Positions 10,791 to 21,493 are shown, counted from the stretch's first letter. The stretch is DNA of 64,000 bases from Bacillota bacterium (GCA_050952625.1 JBMNLH010000001.1:1248001-1312000), one strand, 5' to 3'. Notes: generated from the sequence alone by a model not told the origin. Made by a program: numbers and translations.

Positions 10791-11627
10791 CTACTTTCCT
10801 GCTGCTTTTTTTACCATCGCTTGGTGAGCAGAGTCGAGTTTATTGCTTTCATGTGTGCGGCTATTCAAAAAGTGGATGCAGAAATGGCCATCGAAATCGT
10901 TATTCTTAATTGCTCCGGCACCATGAGGCATACCATTCATCGATGCAGCCATATGTTTTCCATCAAGACTAACAACTATCGCTCTCCTAGCCCAACTCCA
11001 TTGACCACCGTATATTTTCCGCATAACAGCAGTATCCTCAGCCGTAAGGGGCTGACAGTCAGCATGCTTGGATCCCCCTCGTCGTTGCACTCTAAAACTA
11101 AGACCCGTTTCAACATCAGTAATAAGGGCCCTATCTCCTACAGCCAAAATGCGACTAGCCTCATTCCAAGGGATAAGATCGCCCATTCGGCTTCCAGTTC
11201 TAGGAACTGAAGAACTTTTCTTATCCCCTGGAGCTACTTTTACATTACTATTATCTTTTTCAACAGTTGTTTTATTATCAGAGCGACTGTCTCTACTCCG
11301 ACTAGTTGACTGATTAGAGTTTACAGAATGAGCTGCTTGAAGGTCCTTAGAATTATCTGTAGGAGAATTATCCAATAAATCTATATTATTATTAACACCT
11401 ACGGTTTCCTGATTATATGTAGGATTATAATTTGGGGTATTCTTAATATCAATTGTAGCCTGATCTGCAATACTCAGTGGTTCTATCTTATTTTGTGCTA
11501 TAAGCTCATTTTCTTCATAACCTAAAAAGCTGCCCAATGGTGCCAGAAAACAAAGAGTAAAACATAAAACAACTAAGATAAGCATAGTCCCTACTATATC
11601 CCGAGGTTCTAACCCCAAAGTCAACAT
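10791..11627 (-). CDS. Membrane-anchored protein: low-complexity linker plus His-rich C-terminal domain paralogous to that of 16597..18000
   Basis: N-terminal hydrophobic segment; D.ETG..F.VQR.GGS.HADC.PLT...AASM.GMPH...GHF..HFLNSR.H shared with the LysM protein. Confidence 0.75.
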   Translation of the reverse strand: MLTLGLEPRDIVGTMLILVVLCFTLCFLAPLGSFLGYEENELIAQNKIEPLSIADQATIDIKNTPNYNPTYNQETVGVNNNIDLLDNSPTDNSKDLQAAHSVNSNQSTSRSRDSRSDNKTTVEKDNSNVKVAPGDKKSSSVPRTGSRMGDLIPWNEASRILAVGDRALITDVETGLSFRVQRRGGSKHADCQPLTAEDTAVMRKIYGGQWSWARRAIVVSLDGKHMAASMNGMPHGAGAIKNNDFDGHFCIHFLNSRTHESNKLDSAHQAMVKKAAGK

Positions 11628-11846
11628 TCCCCCTTTAAAAGTAAAATAAAATTCAGATAACTACGTTCGACATATTTAAGTGGTTACCTTTAGTTAAATT
11701 TAACCATGATTTATATTACTTAAAGTTAATTAATAAAAATGTCAAGATTTAGAAGACTTAAAGACAAACGCCCGACCTATCACCAACTTTTTACAAGCAG
11801 TAATAGGACAGGCGCCAACAAACAAGGATTATTAGATAGTATAATC

Positions 11847-13166
11847 TCAATGCTGAATTAATGCTTTTTGTAGGAGCTGAACTGGATGTAGGACTTTTAT
11901 ATCTAAACCGGCCTCACGTAATCCATAGCTAATCTGAGTTGTGCAACTAGGGCAACTGGTAGCCAATATTTCGGCTCCACTATTTTGGATGTTTTCAATC
12001 TTTCTTTTTAAGATTTTCATAGAAAGATCATAATGGGTCAAACCAAATGTCCCGGACCCACCACAGCAAGTATCTGCTCCGACCATTTCTTGAAAATCAA
12101 CTCCCGGAATACTTTGTAAAATCTTGCGCGGCTGATTCTTTATTTTCTGGGCTTTAACTAGGTGACAAGGATCATGATAGGTCACCACGACTGAATTCAT
12201 CAATCTGCCAATTTCCGTAGGTAAACCTAATTCATCCACCAAGAATACAGTAAGGTCAAACACCTTACCTTTTAGCCAATTGGCGGCTTCTATGGTTTTC
12301 TCGGCTAAGGTTGGCGCAGAATTTGAGCTATTCCTAAGTTTATCAATGACGGTAGCCGGCCGATAGAGGTGCCCATTTAAAGTCGAGGTACAGGAAGCAC
12401 AATCACTTATTATGGCGTCAACCCCGAGTTTGGACAGGATATTTAGATTGTGGATTACCAGTTCTTCGGCTACAGTCTTTGCTCCATTAGCCAGATGAGG
12501 TACGCCACAACACTTAAGGTCCGGAGGAATAATTACCTCACACCCACAATGGGTTAGCACCTCTGCCGTAGCTAGTGCTATTTCCGGCTGCAACAGGTCA
12601 GTTCCACAACCAAGGAAATAAGCCACCCTGGTTTTGCGGGTGCCTCTGGCCGGCATTACTGCGGCTAACTGAGACCGAGCGGATCGACGCGGAATTTTAC
12701 CCAGGATCTTTTCGGCCCGGGGTAAATCTCCCGGGAGGATACCGGTTAGTCCTAGGGAACGTGCCAAACTCCGCAACCCCAGGCTATCAGCTAAACCGGC
12801 AGCGGCCACTGAATTACGGAGAAGGCCCGGGTTGGTCCACAACTTCTCAAAGATTAGTTTTTTACTGGTTGAAGGCCGTTGTTCGGTGATAAATGCCCGA
12901 GCTTCAGCGACCAGTTCTGGGACCGGAATCGCCGAAGGACAATTACTGGAACATGATTCACACATCAAGCAGTCGCCCAATTTGGCGGCTACCTTATCCG
13001 AAACAGAAAGCACACCGTCACGGAGCATTTGAACCATGAATACCTGACCACGGGGGGAGTAGTTTTCGGTTCGATACTCATTAAAGATGGGGCAAACACT
13101 GCGGCACTTGCCGCAGCGGACGCACTTTTTAAGTTGATCTCGAACTGCTGGTGTATCCTTAAACAT
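11847..13166 (-). CDS. glcF: GlcF-like (Fe-S)-binding subunit
   Basis: Two CxxCxxCxxxCP motifs, two CCG domains, YHDPCHL. Confidence 0.85.
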   Translation of the reverse strand: MFKDTPAVRDQLKKCVRCGKCRSVCPIFNEYRTENYSPRGQVFMVQMLRDGVLSVSDKVAAKLGDCLMCESCSSNCPSAIPVPELVAEARAFITEQRPSTSKKLIFEKLWTNPGLLRNSVAAAGLADSLGLRSLARSLGLTGILPGDLPRAEKILGKIPRRSARSQLAAVMPARGTRKTRVAYFLGCGTDLLQPEIALATAEVLTHCGCEVIIPPDLKCCGVPHLANGAKTVAEELVIHNLNILSKLGVDAIISDCASCTSTLNGHLYRPATVIDKLRNSSNSAPTLAEKTIEAANWLKGKVFDLTVFLVDELGLPTEIGRLMNSVVVTYHDPCHLVKAQKIKNQPRKILQSIPGVDFQEMVGADTCCGGSGTFGLTHYDLSMKILKRKIENIQNSGAEILATSCPSCTTQISYGLREAGLDIKVLHPVQLLQKALIQH

Positions 13167-13169
13167 TGG

Positions 13170-14585
13170 TTATTCCCCCTCTGGAAGAAAGACTTTCCCA
13201 GGATTCATGATTCCCTTGGGATCCAGAGCTTTCTTGATCGCCTGCATAACCTTAACGGCTGGTCCATGCTCTAATTCGGCATACATGGCTCTTACCGCAC
13301 CCACACCATGCTCACCGGTTGTGGAGCCGCCAAGGGTAATCGCCAGTCGATGAATGTCATCGACCAATCGATTGGCCATTTCGACTTCTTCTGGTTTTTC
13401 CGGATCAATCACCGGGGCGGTGTGAACATTGCCATCACCAATATGACCATAATTGACCACTTGAACCCCATGTTTTTTCCCCAAGGCTCGAATACTGCGC
13501 AAGGTCTCAGCCACCTTGGCCAAGGGGACACTAATATCTTCTCCGGCAAACACCCGGCTGCCATCAGGTCGAACCCGAGCCGCGGCCGTCGCTACTACGC
13601 TGCGGCCTTCCCAGAGATCGGCCATTCTTTTTGGCTCGGTGGCCCACTCTACCTGGGTTGCTCGTCGTGCGGCTATTTCTTTAATTTTCAGGCCTTCCCA
13701 TTCGACGCTGGATGGGTTGCCATCCACTTCAAAAAGAAGGATCGCTTCCCCCTGAGGCAGATTAATCTCCGGCCGATACATATTTACCGCATTAATTGCT
13801 GATTGGTCGAGAATTTCAATTCCAGAAGGCAGAATACCAGCTTGATAAACCTCTAAAACAGAGGCTGGAGCATCATCGAGTGAAGGATAAACCGCCATGA
13901 CGATCCCCCGCCCTTTTGGTTTAGGCCATACTCGAAGTCTAACTTTAGTAATAACTCCCAAAACCCCTTCAGAACCAACAAAAAGTTTCGTTAGATTCAG
14001 CCCGGAAACATTTTTAATTGACCGAGCCTGCATACCGCCAGTTACGATTACCTCCCCATTGGGCAGGACAACTTCCAGACCCAGAATATACTGCTCAGTG
14101 CAGCCATATTTGACGGCTCGGAGTCCGCTGGCATTATTAGCGACCATCCCCCCGACTGTACACATAATCGAACTGCCTGGGTCGGGCGGGAAAAAAAGTC
14201 CATATTCAGCTAAACGCTCATTTAACTTGGCGTGGATCACACCGGGACGCACAAACACCTGCATATTAGCCACATCAATTTCCTCGATTGTATCCCAGGG
14301 GGAAAGATCCATCACTATACCACCCTTAATCGCAACCGAACCACAAGTCTCTCCAGTACCAGCTCCGCGAGGGGTTACCGGTACATCATTAGCGTAGGCT
14401 ATCTGCATTACTGCGGATACCTCTTCAGTCGAGCGGGGCGTTACTACTGCATCCGGAATAAAACGGTTTAGTCTAGCTAGAAAAGAACTATCATAAGAAT
14501 AATACATGAGATCCACTGGGTCAGAGATTACCTTATCTTTCCCCAACCGGTTTTCCAATTCCTTAACTAGAAGTGAACGATCCAT
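13170..14585 (-). CDS. glcD: GlcD-like FAD-linked 2-hydroxyacid (glycolate/lactate) oxidoreductase
   Basis: PRGAGTG, FFPPDPGS, GSEGVLGVIT, GHIGDGNVH, GEHGVG, NPGK. Confidence 0.85.
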   Translation of the reverse strand: MDRSLLVKELENRLGKDKVISDPVDLMYYSYDSSFLARLNRFIPDAVVTPRSTEEVSAVMQIAYANDVPVTPRGAGTGETCGSVAIKGGIVMDLSPWDTIEEIDVANMQVFVRPGVIHAKLNERLAEYGLFFPPDPGSSIMCTVGGMVANNASGLRAVKYGCTEQYILGLEVVLPNGEVIVTGGMQARSIKNVSGLNLTKLFVGSEGVLGVITKVRLRVWPKPKGRGIVMAVYPSLDDAPASVLEVYQAGILPSGIEILDQSAINAVNMYRPEINLPQGEAILLFEVDGNPSSVEWEGLKIKEIAARRATQVEWATEPKRMADLWEGRSVVATAAARVRPDGSRVFAGEDISVPLAKVAETLRSIRALGKKHGVQVVNYGHIGDGNVHTAPVIDPEKPEEVEMANRLVDDIHRLAITLGGSTTGEHGVGAVRAMYAELEHGPAVKVMQAIKKALDPKGIMNPGKVFLPEGE

Positions 14586-14839
14586 TTTTTATTGAACACC
14601 TCCATATATGTTCCTTTTGGTCTGAATAGTTCTCAACTATGTTCACAAACATAAGAATCTAAAAAATGAGAACAGCAAGTCGGTTCTTAAGAAGTGGGCA
14701 TGCAGAATGGCCAACTTGCTGTTCAATTCCTCAAATGATAGAATAAAAGTCTAATCATGGAAGGTGAATCGTCAAAAAGCAGCAAACTCCATCTTTAATC
14801 CCCGATCACGATTATAACACACCCTGGGAGGTATCGGTT

Positions 14840-15778
14840 ATGAAAATGAAGCCTGTAAAAGAATCCGAGTGGCAACCCGTTTTACGTCAGTTAACCCAAG
14901 TAATCCCGGCCCAACGAATAGCCTGGGATGAGCCAATGTCCCGGCATACTACCTTCCAGATCGGGGGTCCGGCAGATGCCCTGGTTATCCCAACTAGTGA
15001 AGAAGAATTACAACGGATTATATTGTTTTGCCGGGAAAAAAAACTACCCTATTACATAATTGGGAAGGGCAGTAATCTTCTAATTCGTGATAAAGGGATT
15101 CGCGGGGCCGTGATCAAAATAGATCAGCCCCTAGGTCATTTAGAATTCTCGGGCCATCAGGTCAAGGCCGGGGCTGGTTTGTCGCTGGGTGAACTTTCTC
15201 GTAAGGTTGCCGAGCGAGGGCTTTCCGGCCTGGAATTTGCAATAGGAATACCCGGCTCGCTCGGGGGTGCATTGGTAATGAATGCCGGGGCCTATGATGG
15301 CGAAATGAAGGATGTTGTTACCAGTGTCCGAGTTTTGGATGAGAAGGGGAGGTGTTTTACCCTCTTAGCTGATCAGCTTAAATTTGGCTACCGGCACAGT
15401 ATCCTTCAAGGGAGTGATCTAATCGTCCTTGAAGCAACGATAGATTTAACCCCGGGCAATCCTGACGAAATTCAGGCGCGAATGGATGACTATACTAAAC
15501 GTCGTGAATCACGACAACCGCTTAACCTACCCAGTGCCGGGAGTGTCTTCCGGCGTCCGACCGGTTACTTTGTGGGACCGATGATTGAAGAATTAGGTTT
15601 AAAAGGCTTTCAGGTAAACCAGGCTCAAGTATCAGAAATGCACGCTGGCTTTATAGTTAATCAAGGCCAGGCTACCGCCGAAGATGTTATAACCTTGATT
15701 AAAATCATCCAGGAACTGGTCAAAGAAAGATTTGGTGTTGAACTGGTTCCGGAAATAAAAATAATCGGCGAAGAATAA
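14840..15778 (+). CDS. murB: UDP-N-acetylenolpyruvoylglucosamine reductase
   Basis: HTTFQIGGPAD, GKGSNLL, GIPGSLGGALVMNAGAY, PSAGSVF, HAGFIVN. Confidence 0.96.
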   Translation: MKMKPVKESEWQPVLRQLTQVIPAQRIAWDEPMSRHTTFQIGGPADALVIPTSEEELQRIILFCREKKLPYYIIGKGSNLLIRDKGIRGAVIKIDQPLGHLEFSGHQVKAGAGLSLGELSRKVAERGLSGLEFAIGIPGSLGGALVMNAGAYDGEMKDVVTSVRVLDEKGRCFTLLADQLKFGYRHSILQGSDLIVLEATIDLTPGNPDEIQARMDDYTKRRESRQPLNLPSAGSVFRRPTGYFVGPMIEELGLKGFQVNQAQVSEMHAGFIVNQGQATAEDVITLIKIIQELVKERFGVELVPEIKIIGEE

Positions 15779-15830
15779 AAACGCAGCCCAGATTTAATTA
15801 TTACCTGGACTGCAAAATAACTTTTAAAGT

Positions 15831-16163
15831 TTATTTACCTGTGTTGGATCCGGGAATAAACAATAAGAACCAATAGATGACTAGAGCAACAATAAACCAG
15901 GTTAAGCTTCGATTAAAACTTAAGACTTCCGATTCTTCGAAAGCTGATCCCAACTTAGTCTCGATGTCGCCTTTTTCATTGGTTCTCCCGGTGGAACTAA
16001 AGGGTTTGTTTATTGCCCGAACAAGTTCCCCGATTAACTTCTCGAGGAGGTCTAGGCGCGTTTCAGTTTGCGAAGCCTTATTCCTTTGGGCTAATTTATG
16101 TTGCAGCATTAATCGATTATAACAACAAGGCAACACAGCCATCCCCCCATTAAGCAGCTTCAT
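15831..16163 (-). CDS. Hypothetical protein with C-terminal TM segment
   Basis: ORF with coiled-coil-like middle and hydrophobic end; start uncertain. Confidence 0.5.
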   Translation of the reverse strand: MKLLNGGMAVLPCCYNRLMLQHKLAQRNKASQTETRLDLLEKLIGELVRAINKPFSSTGRTNEKGDIETKLGSAFEESEVLSFNRSLTWFIVALVIYWFLLFIPGSNTGK

Positions 16164-16390
16164 TTGCTACCAGTATATGACTGTCAGGTAGATTGGGTTA
16201 CATAAATTAGAAATATTGGCAAAGCAGATCTAATCGGAATCTGATTCTCATATTATTTTTATTATCTGCCATCTCAATCATAAATGGTTATAGTTACTCA
16301 ATAAAAGGCATGGACGATGATAATCTGGCGAAGATAATCTGAAAAAATAAAACCGCTTCAGTAATAAATACTGAAACGGTATTAATCCGA

Positions 16391-16466
16391 TGGTGGAGAT
16401 AGGGGGATTCGAACCCCCGGCCTTCTGAATGCGAACCAGACGCTCTCCCGACTGAGCTATACCCCC
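16391..16466 (-). tRNA. tRNA-Ala (anticodon CGC)
   Basis: 76 nt GGGGGTATAGCTCAG...TTCGCAT...GGTTCGAATCC...TCCACCA; G3:U70 pair; encoded CCA; TTGACT-16-TATAAT promoter upstream. Confidence 0.95.
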
Positions 16467-16596
16467 AGATAATCCTAATTAGGTCTTGAACGATGATAAT
16501 TATACCACTTCACTTTGAAAAGTCAACCAAGTTTACCCTTGACCACCGGTGGACTGGGGTGCCAAGGGTAAACTAGCTTTATGCTTATGGAGTTAT

Positions 16597-18000
16597 TTAA
16601 TAGCCGGCTGCTTTTTGTACATTAGCTTGATGCGTCGAGTTAATTTGATTGGTGTTATGCTGACGGCTGTTTAAAAAATGCAGATCAAAATGGCCTGCAA
16701 AATTATTCCCGGAAATGGTATCAATATCATGGGGCATACCGGCCATCGACGCCGCTAGTACTCGACCATCAACCTCCACCAGGACCGGGCGATAACGCCA
16801 ACCCCAGTATCCCCCGAAGATTTCTTTCATTATCTGAGTATCTTGTTTAGTTAGCGGTTCGCAGTCCGCATGATTAGATCCTCCAATTCGTTGGACTGTA
16901 AAACGCTTTCCGGTTTCCAAATCGCGGATAACCGCCTGATTGCCAATATCAAAAATCCAGTAGACAAACTCCCAATCTAACCATTCTCCATAACCCGCTT
17001 TAGCCGGAACTTGAGGAGCAACAACCGAGACCGCCTTACTGGAATTAACTGGGATAAACAAAGGCTGCTTAATCCCAACCCAATCGACATGCAGGTGATT
17101 AGTGGTTTTGATTGCATCAATGGTCGTATTATATTGCTGAGACAAGCCCCATAGATCTTGCCCTGGTTTAACCTGCACCAGGACCGCTCCATCGGGAATT
17201 ATCCAGTTAACAGAAGAAGGAGAATGCGGGGGTGGTGTAGGTGGGCCCGCAGGATTTCCTGGTGAATTCGCAGAAATCGGGACAGATAAAACTTGTCCGA
17301 CTTGTAGCATCGTTGACTTTAAGTTATTCTTGGTCATGAGCTGAGCGATGGTTGTGTGGTACCGCTGGGAAATTAAATAAAGGGTATCTCCGGAGCGAAC
17401 AGTATGATTAACCCAATCTTCACTCGGTAGGGTTAATAGTTGACCCACATAAATCAGATCAGAAGTTAGGTGATTTAAAGTTTTAAGCTTATCCACGGTT
17501 GTTCCAAACCGTTGAGCTAGCAAATAAAGAGTATCACCCGGCTGAACTAGGTAGCGGTTGCACGTCACTGGAATCTTAAGCAACTGGCCAACTCTAAGCT
17601 CTGATGAGGTCAAACTATTAACGGACATTAAATCCGCGACGTTGGTTCCGTATTTTAATGAAATGAGATATAAAGTATCTCCAGGCTGCACTTGATAGGT
17701 TGTCCCTTTATTACTGGCGGGATCTGGAATCTTCAATACCTGTCCGATTCTAATCTCTGTGGAAACTAAACCGTTTAGTTCTATTAATGTTTTGATCGTG
17801 GTCCCGTATTTGGTTGATAAAATATACAGAGTATCTCCTGCTTTAACAGAGTAATAAAGATAGCCGACTTCGGCAGTAGTTAAGGGTGAGGCTATAACCG
17901 GTTTTTCCGGTATGCAAAAACTTCCGAATGTTGTTACTATTAAACTTAGACCGACTGATATAAATCGGCAACCACCCGATTTTATACCCTTACGCGACAT
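16597..18000 (-). CDS. Secreted multi-LysM protein (5 LysM repeats) with His-rich C-terminal domain
   Basis: Signal peptide; repeats Y.V..GDTLY.IS..YGT.V..L...N.L.S..L.VGQ.L.IP; Pro-rich linker; RBS AGGAGG before ATG at 18000. Confidence 0.9.
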   Translation of the reverse strand: MSRKGIKSGGCRFISVGLSLIVTTFGSFCIPEKPVIASPLTTAEVGYLYYSVKAGDTLYILSTKYGTTIKTLIELNGLVSTEIRIGQVLKIPDPASNKGTTYQVQPGDTLYLISLKYGTNVADLMSVNSLTSSELRVGQLLKIPVTCNRYLVQPGDTLYLLAQRFGTTVDKLKTLNHLTSDLIYVGQLLTLPSEDWVNHTVRSGDTLYLISQRYHTTIAQLMTKNNLKSTMLQVGQVLSVPISANSPGNPAGPPTPPPHSPSSVNWIIPDGAVLVQVKPGQDLWGLSQQYNTTIDAIKTTNHLHVDWVGIKQPLFIPVNSSKAVSVVAPQVPAKAGYGEWLDWEFVYWIFDIGNQAVIRDLETGKRFTVQRIGGSNHADCEPLTKQDTQIMKEIFGGYWGWRYRPVLVEVDGRVLAASMAGMPHDIDTISGNNFAGHFDLHFLNSRQHNTNQINSTHQANVQKAAGY

Positions 18001-18328
18001 AATCCCCCTCCTAAATAAATGATTATAATTGATCAAATTCCAAGAAATATTCTACATTCTTCCCGAGAGTTCCCTTGAATGGGAATATAGTCGAAGTTTG
18101 GGATTTAAATTCTACCTTACCAGTAGGATTCCTTTAGGTAAATTAAGCCACTAATAGGGTCATTTTAAATAACTAAAGAGCATATCCTGCAGGGTACTCT
18201 CCTTGGTAAGGACTCCAGTCATTGTCTGCTTGGGGGATCCGTGTTACCATATTAATAAACTCAATAGTTATTAAATTTAGCAAATTTTGAATATTAGATT
18301 TCCATGCATAAAGGGGGGGTGGGGGGTT

Positions 18329-20428
18329 ATGAAAAAAAGACTGGGGGATATTCTTCCCACCGGTCAAGTTGTTTTATCCGACAGCCAAACAGTAGAGGAA
18401 GCTCAAAACAGATTAAAGAATACACAAGCTATTGCGGCAGCAGTCATTAATTCTAGCCAGCAAATTGAAGGAGTCATTGTCCAGGAAGAATTGCTGCAAG
18501 CCGAATGGGTTAAACCAGACGAATCTATTTCTTCATTAATTAATCGCGGTTGGAGTTCAGTATCTTTAAACGATACCTTGGAAATGGCCTTAAAGGTTCC
18601 AAATTCCTGGATCATTGCGGTCGATGATAATGGTTTGCCGTTAGGTGTTTTATCAAAAATCAAAGTGGTAGATGCAGTAGTTGAAGTGTTTGAAACAACT
18701 TTAAACCGCTTATATACGGTGATGGATTCGGCCCATAATGGAATCATCGCGTTAGATAATAATGGTTTCATCACCCATTACAATACAGCTGCGGAAGTTA
18801 TGTTTGGATATCCTAGGGATCAGGCCATCGGCCGGCATATCAGTGAGGTTGACCCGGAAAGCACGTTGATGGATGTGGTTCAATCAGGTCAAGCTCAGAT
18901 GACGCAAAAAAGGCAATTGCCTCGGGCGTTAGTTTTGACAAATCGGCGTCCAATCCTGGTTAATGCAGAGGTCGTGGGCGTCGTTGCTGTTTTTCAAGAT
19001 TTATCTGAAGTTGAGGCAGCCCAAAATGAGCTTCGTACTGTTCAGGCACTTAATCACGAATTAGAAAGCATTCTCGAATTTTCCCATGATGGTTTAGCTA
19101 TCTGTGATGATGAAGGCTGCTTTTTACGAGTTAGTCCTAGTTTCGGCAAATTGTTGGGCATACCGGTAGAGGAACTGACCGGACGCTCAATTTTCAACCT
19201 ATCTGGAATTGCTCAGTTGATTTTGCCGGTCATTCATGCCGTTATGGAACAACGAGTGCCGATTTCAATGACGCAAAATACACCCGGGGGCCAGCAGATT
19301 CTAGCTACCAGTATTCCAGTATTTGATGAGAAAGGCCAACTTGTCCGAATAGTAACTAATCTGCGTGACATGACTGAATTGAATGATTTAAGGGAACAAG
19401 TACAACAAACTAATGAACTTAGCCGTCGGTATCTCCAAGAATTGGAGGAATGGCGGGCAAGGTTTGTCGCGACCTCTGAGGTAGTAGCTTCTAGCCTGGC
19501 CATGCAACGGGTTATTGAAATGGCTCTTCACGTAGCCAAGGTTGATTCTACAGTATTAATTACTGGAGAGTCAGGAGTCGGCAAAGAAGTTATTGCCAAA
19601 ATGATTCACCGGGTGAGTCCGAGGAGGGACGGACCCTTTATTGAGATAAATTGTGGAGCTATCCCGGAAACGTTACTGGAATCAGAGTTGTTCGGTTATG
19701 AACGAGGGGCATTTACGGGGGCTGCTCGGGAAGGCCGAACCGGTATCTTTGAATTGGCGAATAACGGAACCCTTTTATTGGATGAAATAGCCGAGATTCC
19801 CCTAAACCTTCAGGTAAAACTGCTGAGAGCCCTGCAGGAACAAGAAATATATCGAGTTGGGGGTACTCACCCCATTAAGCTGAATGTTCGAATAATCACC
19901 GCAACCAATAAAAATCTTTGGCAAATGGTCCAAAGCCGGCAATTCCGTGAGGATCTTTATTATCGCCTCAATGTCGTGCCAATGGAAATTCCGCCACTCC
20001 GTAAGCGAAGAGAAGATATCTTACCCCTGACGAATCATTTCCTGAAACTATGTAACGACAAGTACGGATTTAAACGTCGCCTGGCTCCGGAAGTCTATCA
20101 AATTTTTGAGAGTTATAGTTGGGCGGGCAATGTTCGCGAGTTGCAGAATTTGGTAGAGCGTCTGGTGGTTACTAGTAATACAGAGATAATCACCGAGAAG
20201 CATTTGCCGCCATCTTTATCAAGAAGAACCCTGGCCAGCCCCCAAGCCGTACAAGTCTTCGGTTTAACAACCCTAAAAGAGGCAGAGGAAACGGTGCAAA
20301 AGGAATTAGTAACGCGAGCTCTCCGTGTAGGGAAAAGCACTCGGCGGGCTGCAGAAATTTTGGGGGTTACTCATTCCACGATTGTCCGTAAGATAAAACA
20401 ATACGGTATTCAGGTTGGACCGGAATAG
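18329..20428 (+). CDS. Sigma54-dependent transcriptional activator (CBS-PAS-PAS-AAA+-HTH)
   Basis: GESGVGKE, ESELFGYERGAFTGA, LLLDEI, FREDLYYRLNV, WAGNVRELQN, C-terminal HTH. Confidence 0.95.
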   Translation: MKKRLGDILPTGQVVLSDSQTVEEAQNRLKNTQAIAAAVINSSQQIEGVIVQEELLQAEWVKPDESISSLINRGWSSVSLNDTLEMALKVPNSWIIAVDDNGLPLGVLSKIKVVDAVVEVFETTLNRLYTVMDSAHNGIIALDNNGFITHYNTAAEVMFGYPRDQAIGRHISEVDPESTLMDVVQSGQAQMTQKRQLPRALVLTNRRPILVNAEVVGVVAVFQDLSEVEAAQNELRTVQALNHELESILEFSHDGLAICDDEGCFLRVSPSFGKLLGIPVEELTGRSIFNLSGIAQLILPVIHAVMEQRVPISMTQNTPGGQQILATSIPVFDEKGQLVRIVTNLRDMTELNDLREQVQQTNELSRRYLQELEEWRARFVATSEVVASSLAMQRVIEMALHVAKVDSTVLITGESGVGKEVIAKMIHRVSPRRDGPFIEINCGAIPETLLESELFGYERGAFTGAAREGRTGIFELANNGTLLLDEIAEIPLNLQVKLLRALQEQEIYRVGGTHPIKLNVRIITATNKNLWQMVQSRQFREDLYYRLNVVPMEIPPLRKRREDILPLTNHFLKLCNDKYGFKRRLAPEVYQIFESYSWAGNVRELQNLVERLVVTSNTEIITEKHLPPSLSRRTLASPQAVQVFGLTTLKEAEETVQKELVTRALRVGKSTRRAAEILGVTHSTIVRKIKQYGIQVGPE

Positions 20429-20567
20429 CACCAGAATGGAACAGAATTGCATCACTCAACTTAAGATAAAGATGTTCTTGAAACCTTAGAATATCCAAGA
20501 TATCCAAGGCCGACAAATCTATAACGGAACATTCATGTTCCAACTGAGAACGTTAGTATTTGAGCAA

Positions 20568-20603
20568 GGAGTCTTCCTGATCGATAAAGGGGAGACTCTT
20601 TTT
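20568..20603 (+). terminator. Intrinsic terminator
   Basis: gagtcttcct...ggggagactc hairpin followed by a T run. Confidence 0.7.
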
Positions 20604-20772
20604 ATTTTTTCTTTTTATTTCTATTCATGATAGAGACGGTTGTTTTAACCTAAGGAAGTGCTTTAACTCCAGCAGTACCAAACGTTTAGAAAAACTAAGC
20701 ACATGGCTATAAATGAAAAATAATCAAATATTACGGAATTTATTTTAAATTAATTAGCTAACAGCCTTTATC

Positions 20773-20790
20773 CGGGCATTACTTTTGCAT
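20773..20790 (+). promoter_or_regulatory. Sigma54 -24/-12 promoter
   Basis: cgGGCATTACTTTTGCAt: GG-N10-GC spacing. Confidence 0.65.
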
Positions 20791-20861
20791 ATTGCCAGAA
20801 TTATAGAAAAATAGAAAAGATCAAATAGAGTACTTAATAATATTAAGGGGAGGGATGATTC

Positions 20862-21110
20862 ATGAGTCTGAAAACGATCTTCTTTATCTTTGTAGGGTTT
20901 TATGCCACAGTTAAACTTTGCTTTTTTATCGGTGTTTACTTCATTACTAAGCAAATTGAACGTAAGGCTCTGGCAGAAAAGGCTAAACGGCAAGAACACA
21001 ACCGCCTGGCTGAATTAGAATCCTTGGTTGAAATGTATGAAAATAAAGAAAAAGCATTTAAAAAAGACAAACAAGTTTATGGGGTTCGCCACGGAAAATT
21101 TATTGCCTAA
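20862..21110 (+). CDS. Small single-TM protein, paralog 1
   Basis: RBS GGGGAGG; aligns with 21559..21813 (FY...K.C.F.G.Y..TK.IE..AL.EK...ELE.L...VRH). Confidence 0.8.
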   Translation: MSLKTIFFIFVGFYATVKLCFFIGVYFITKQIERKALAEKAKRQEHNRLAELESLVEMYENKEKAFKKDKQVYGVRHGKFIA

Positions 21111-21493
21111 CTTAACAAGCTATCAATATATATCACTATTCAATAGTAGCCGGTTTAAATATAAACCAAAGCGGTTCCCTTTTATTCCAGCGGAACTTTT
21201 TTGAACCAATCCTCCGCATCTGATTAATTAAGCTTCTCGGGGTTCGCCTACTCGATCGCTCTTAATAATCGGTACCTATTTGCACCACTTAAGAAAGTGT
21301 TTACGAGAACAACCGTTGGTTTTAATAAGTAGTTAGACACGTTTATTTTCTTGGTTTTCAAGCCAAATAGTATGTGCTCTGGTTTGGAACAAGGCGAAAA
21401 ACCTTTAAAAATAATGACTTTATTACTTCGGGTTAAGGAAACATGGATCAAAAATCAACCGGGAATAAACCACCCACCAAGATGCTTGGATAT

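Noticed and set aside
10821-14471. Long antisense ORFs over 10791..11627, glcF and glcD (and over IS110 36771..38024)
   Set aside because: They overlap well-supported genes on the opposite strand and show no motifs or RBS
14630-14650. Rex operator upstream of glcD
   Set aside because: Only one half-site (TTGTGAA) matches at the correct spacing
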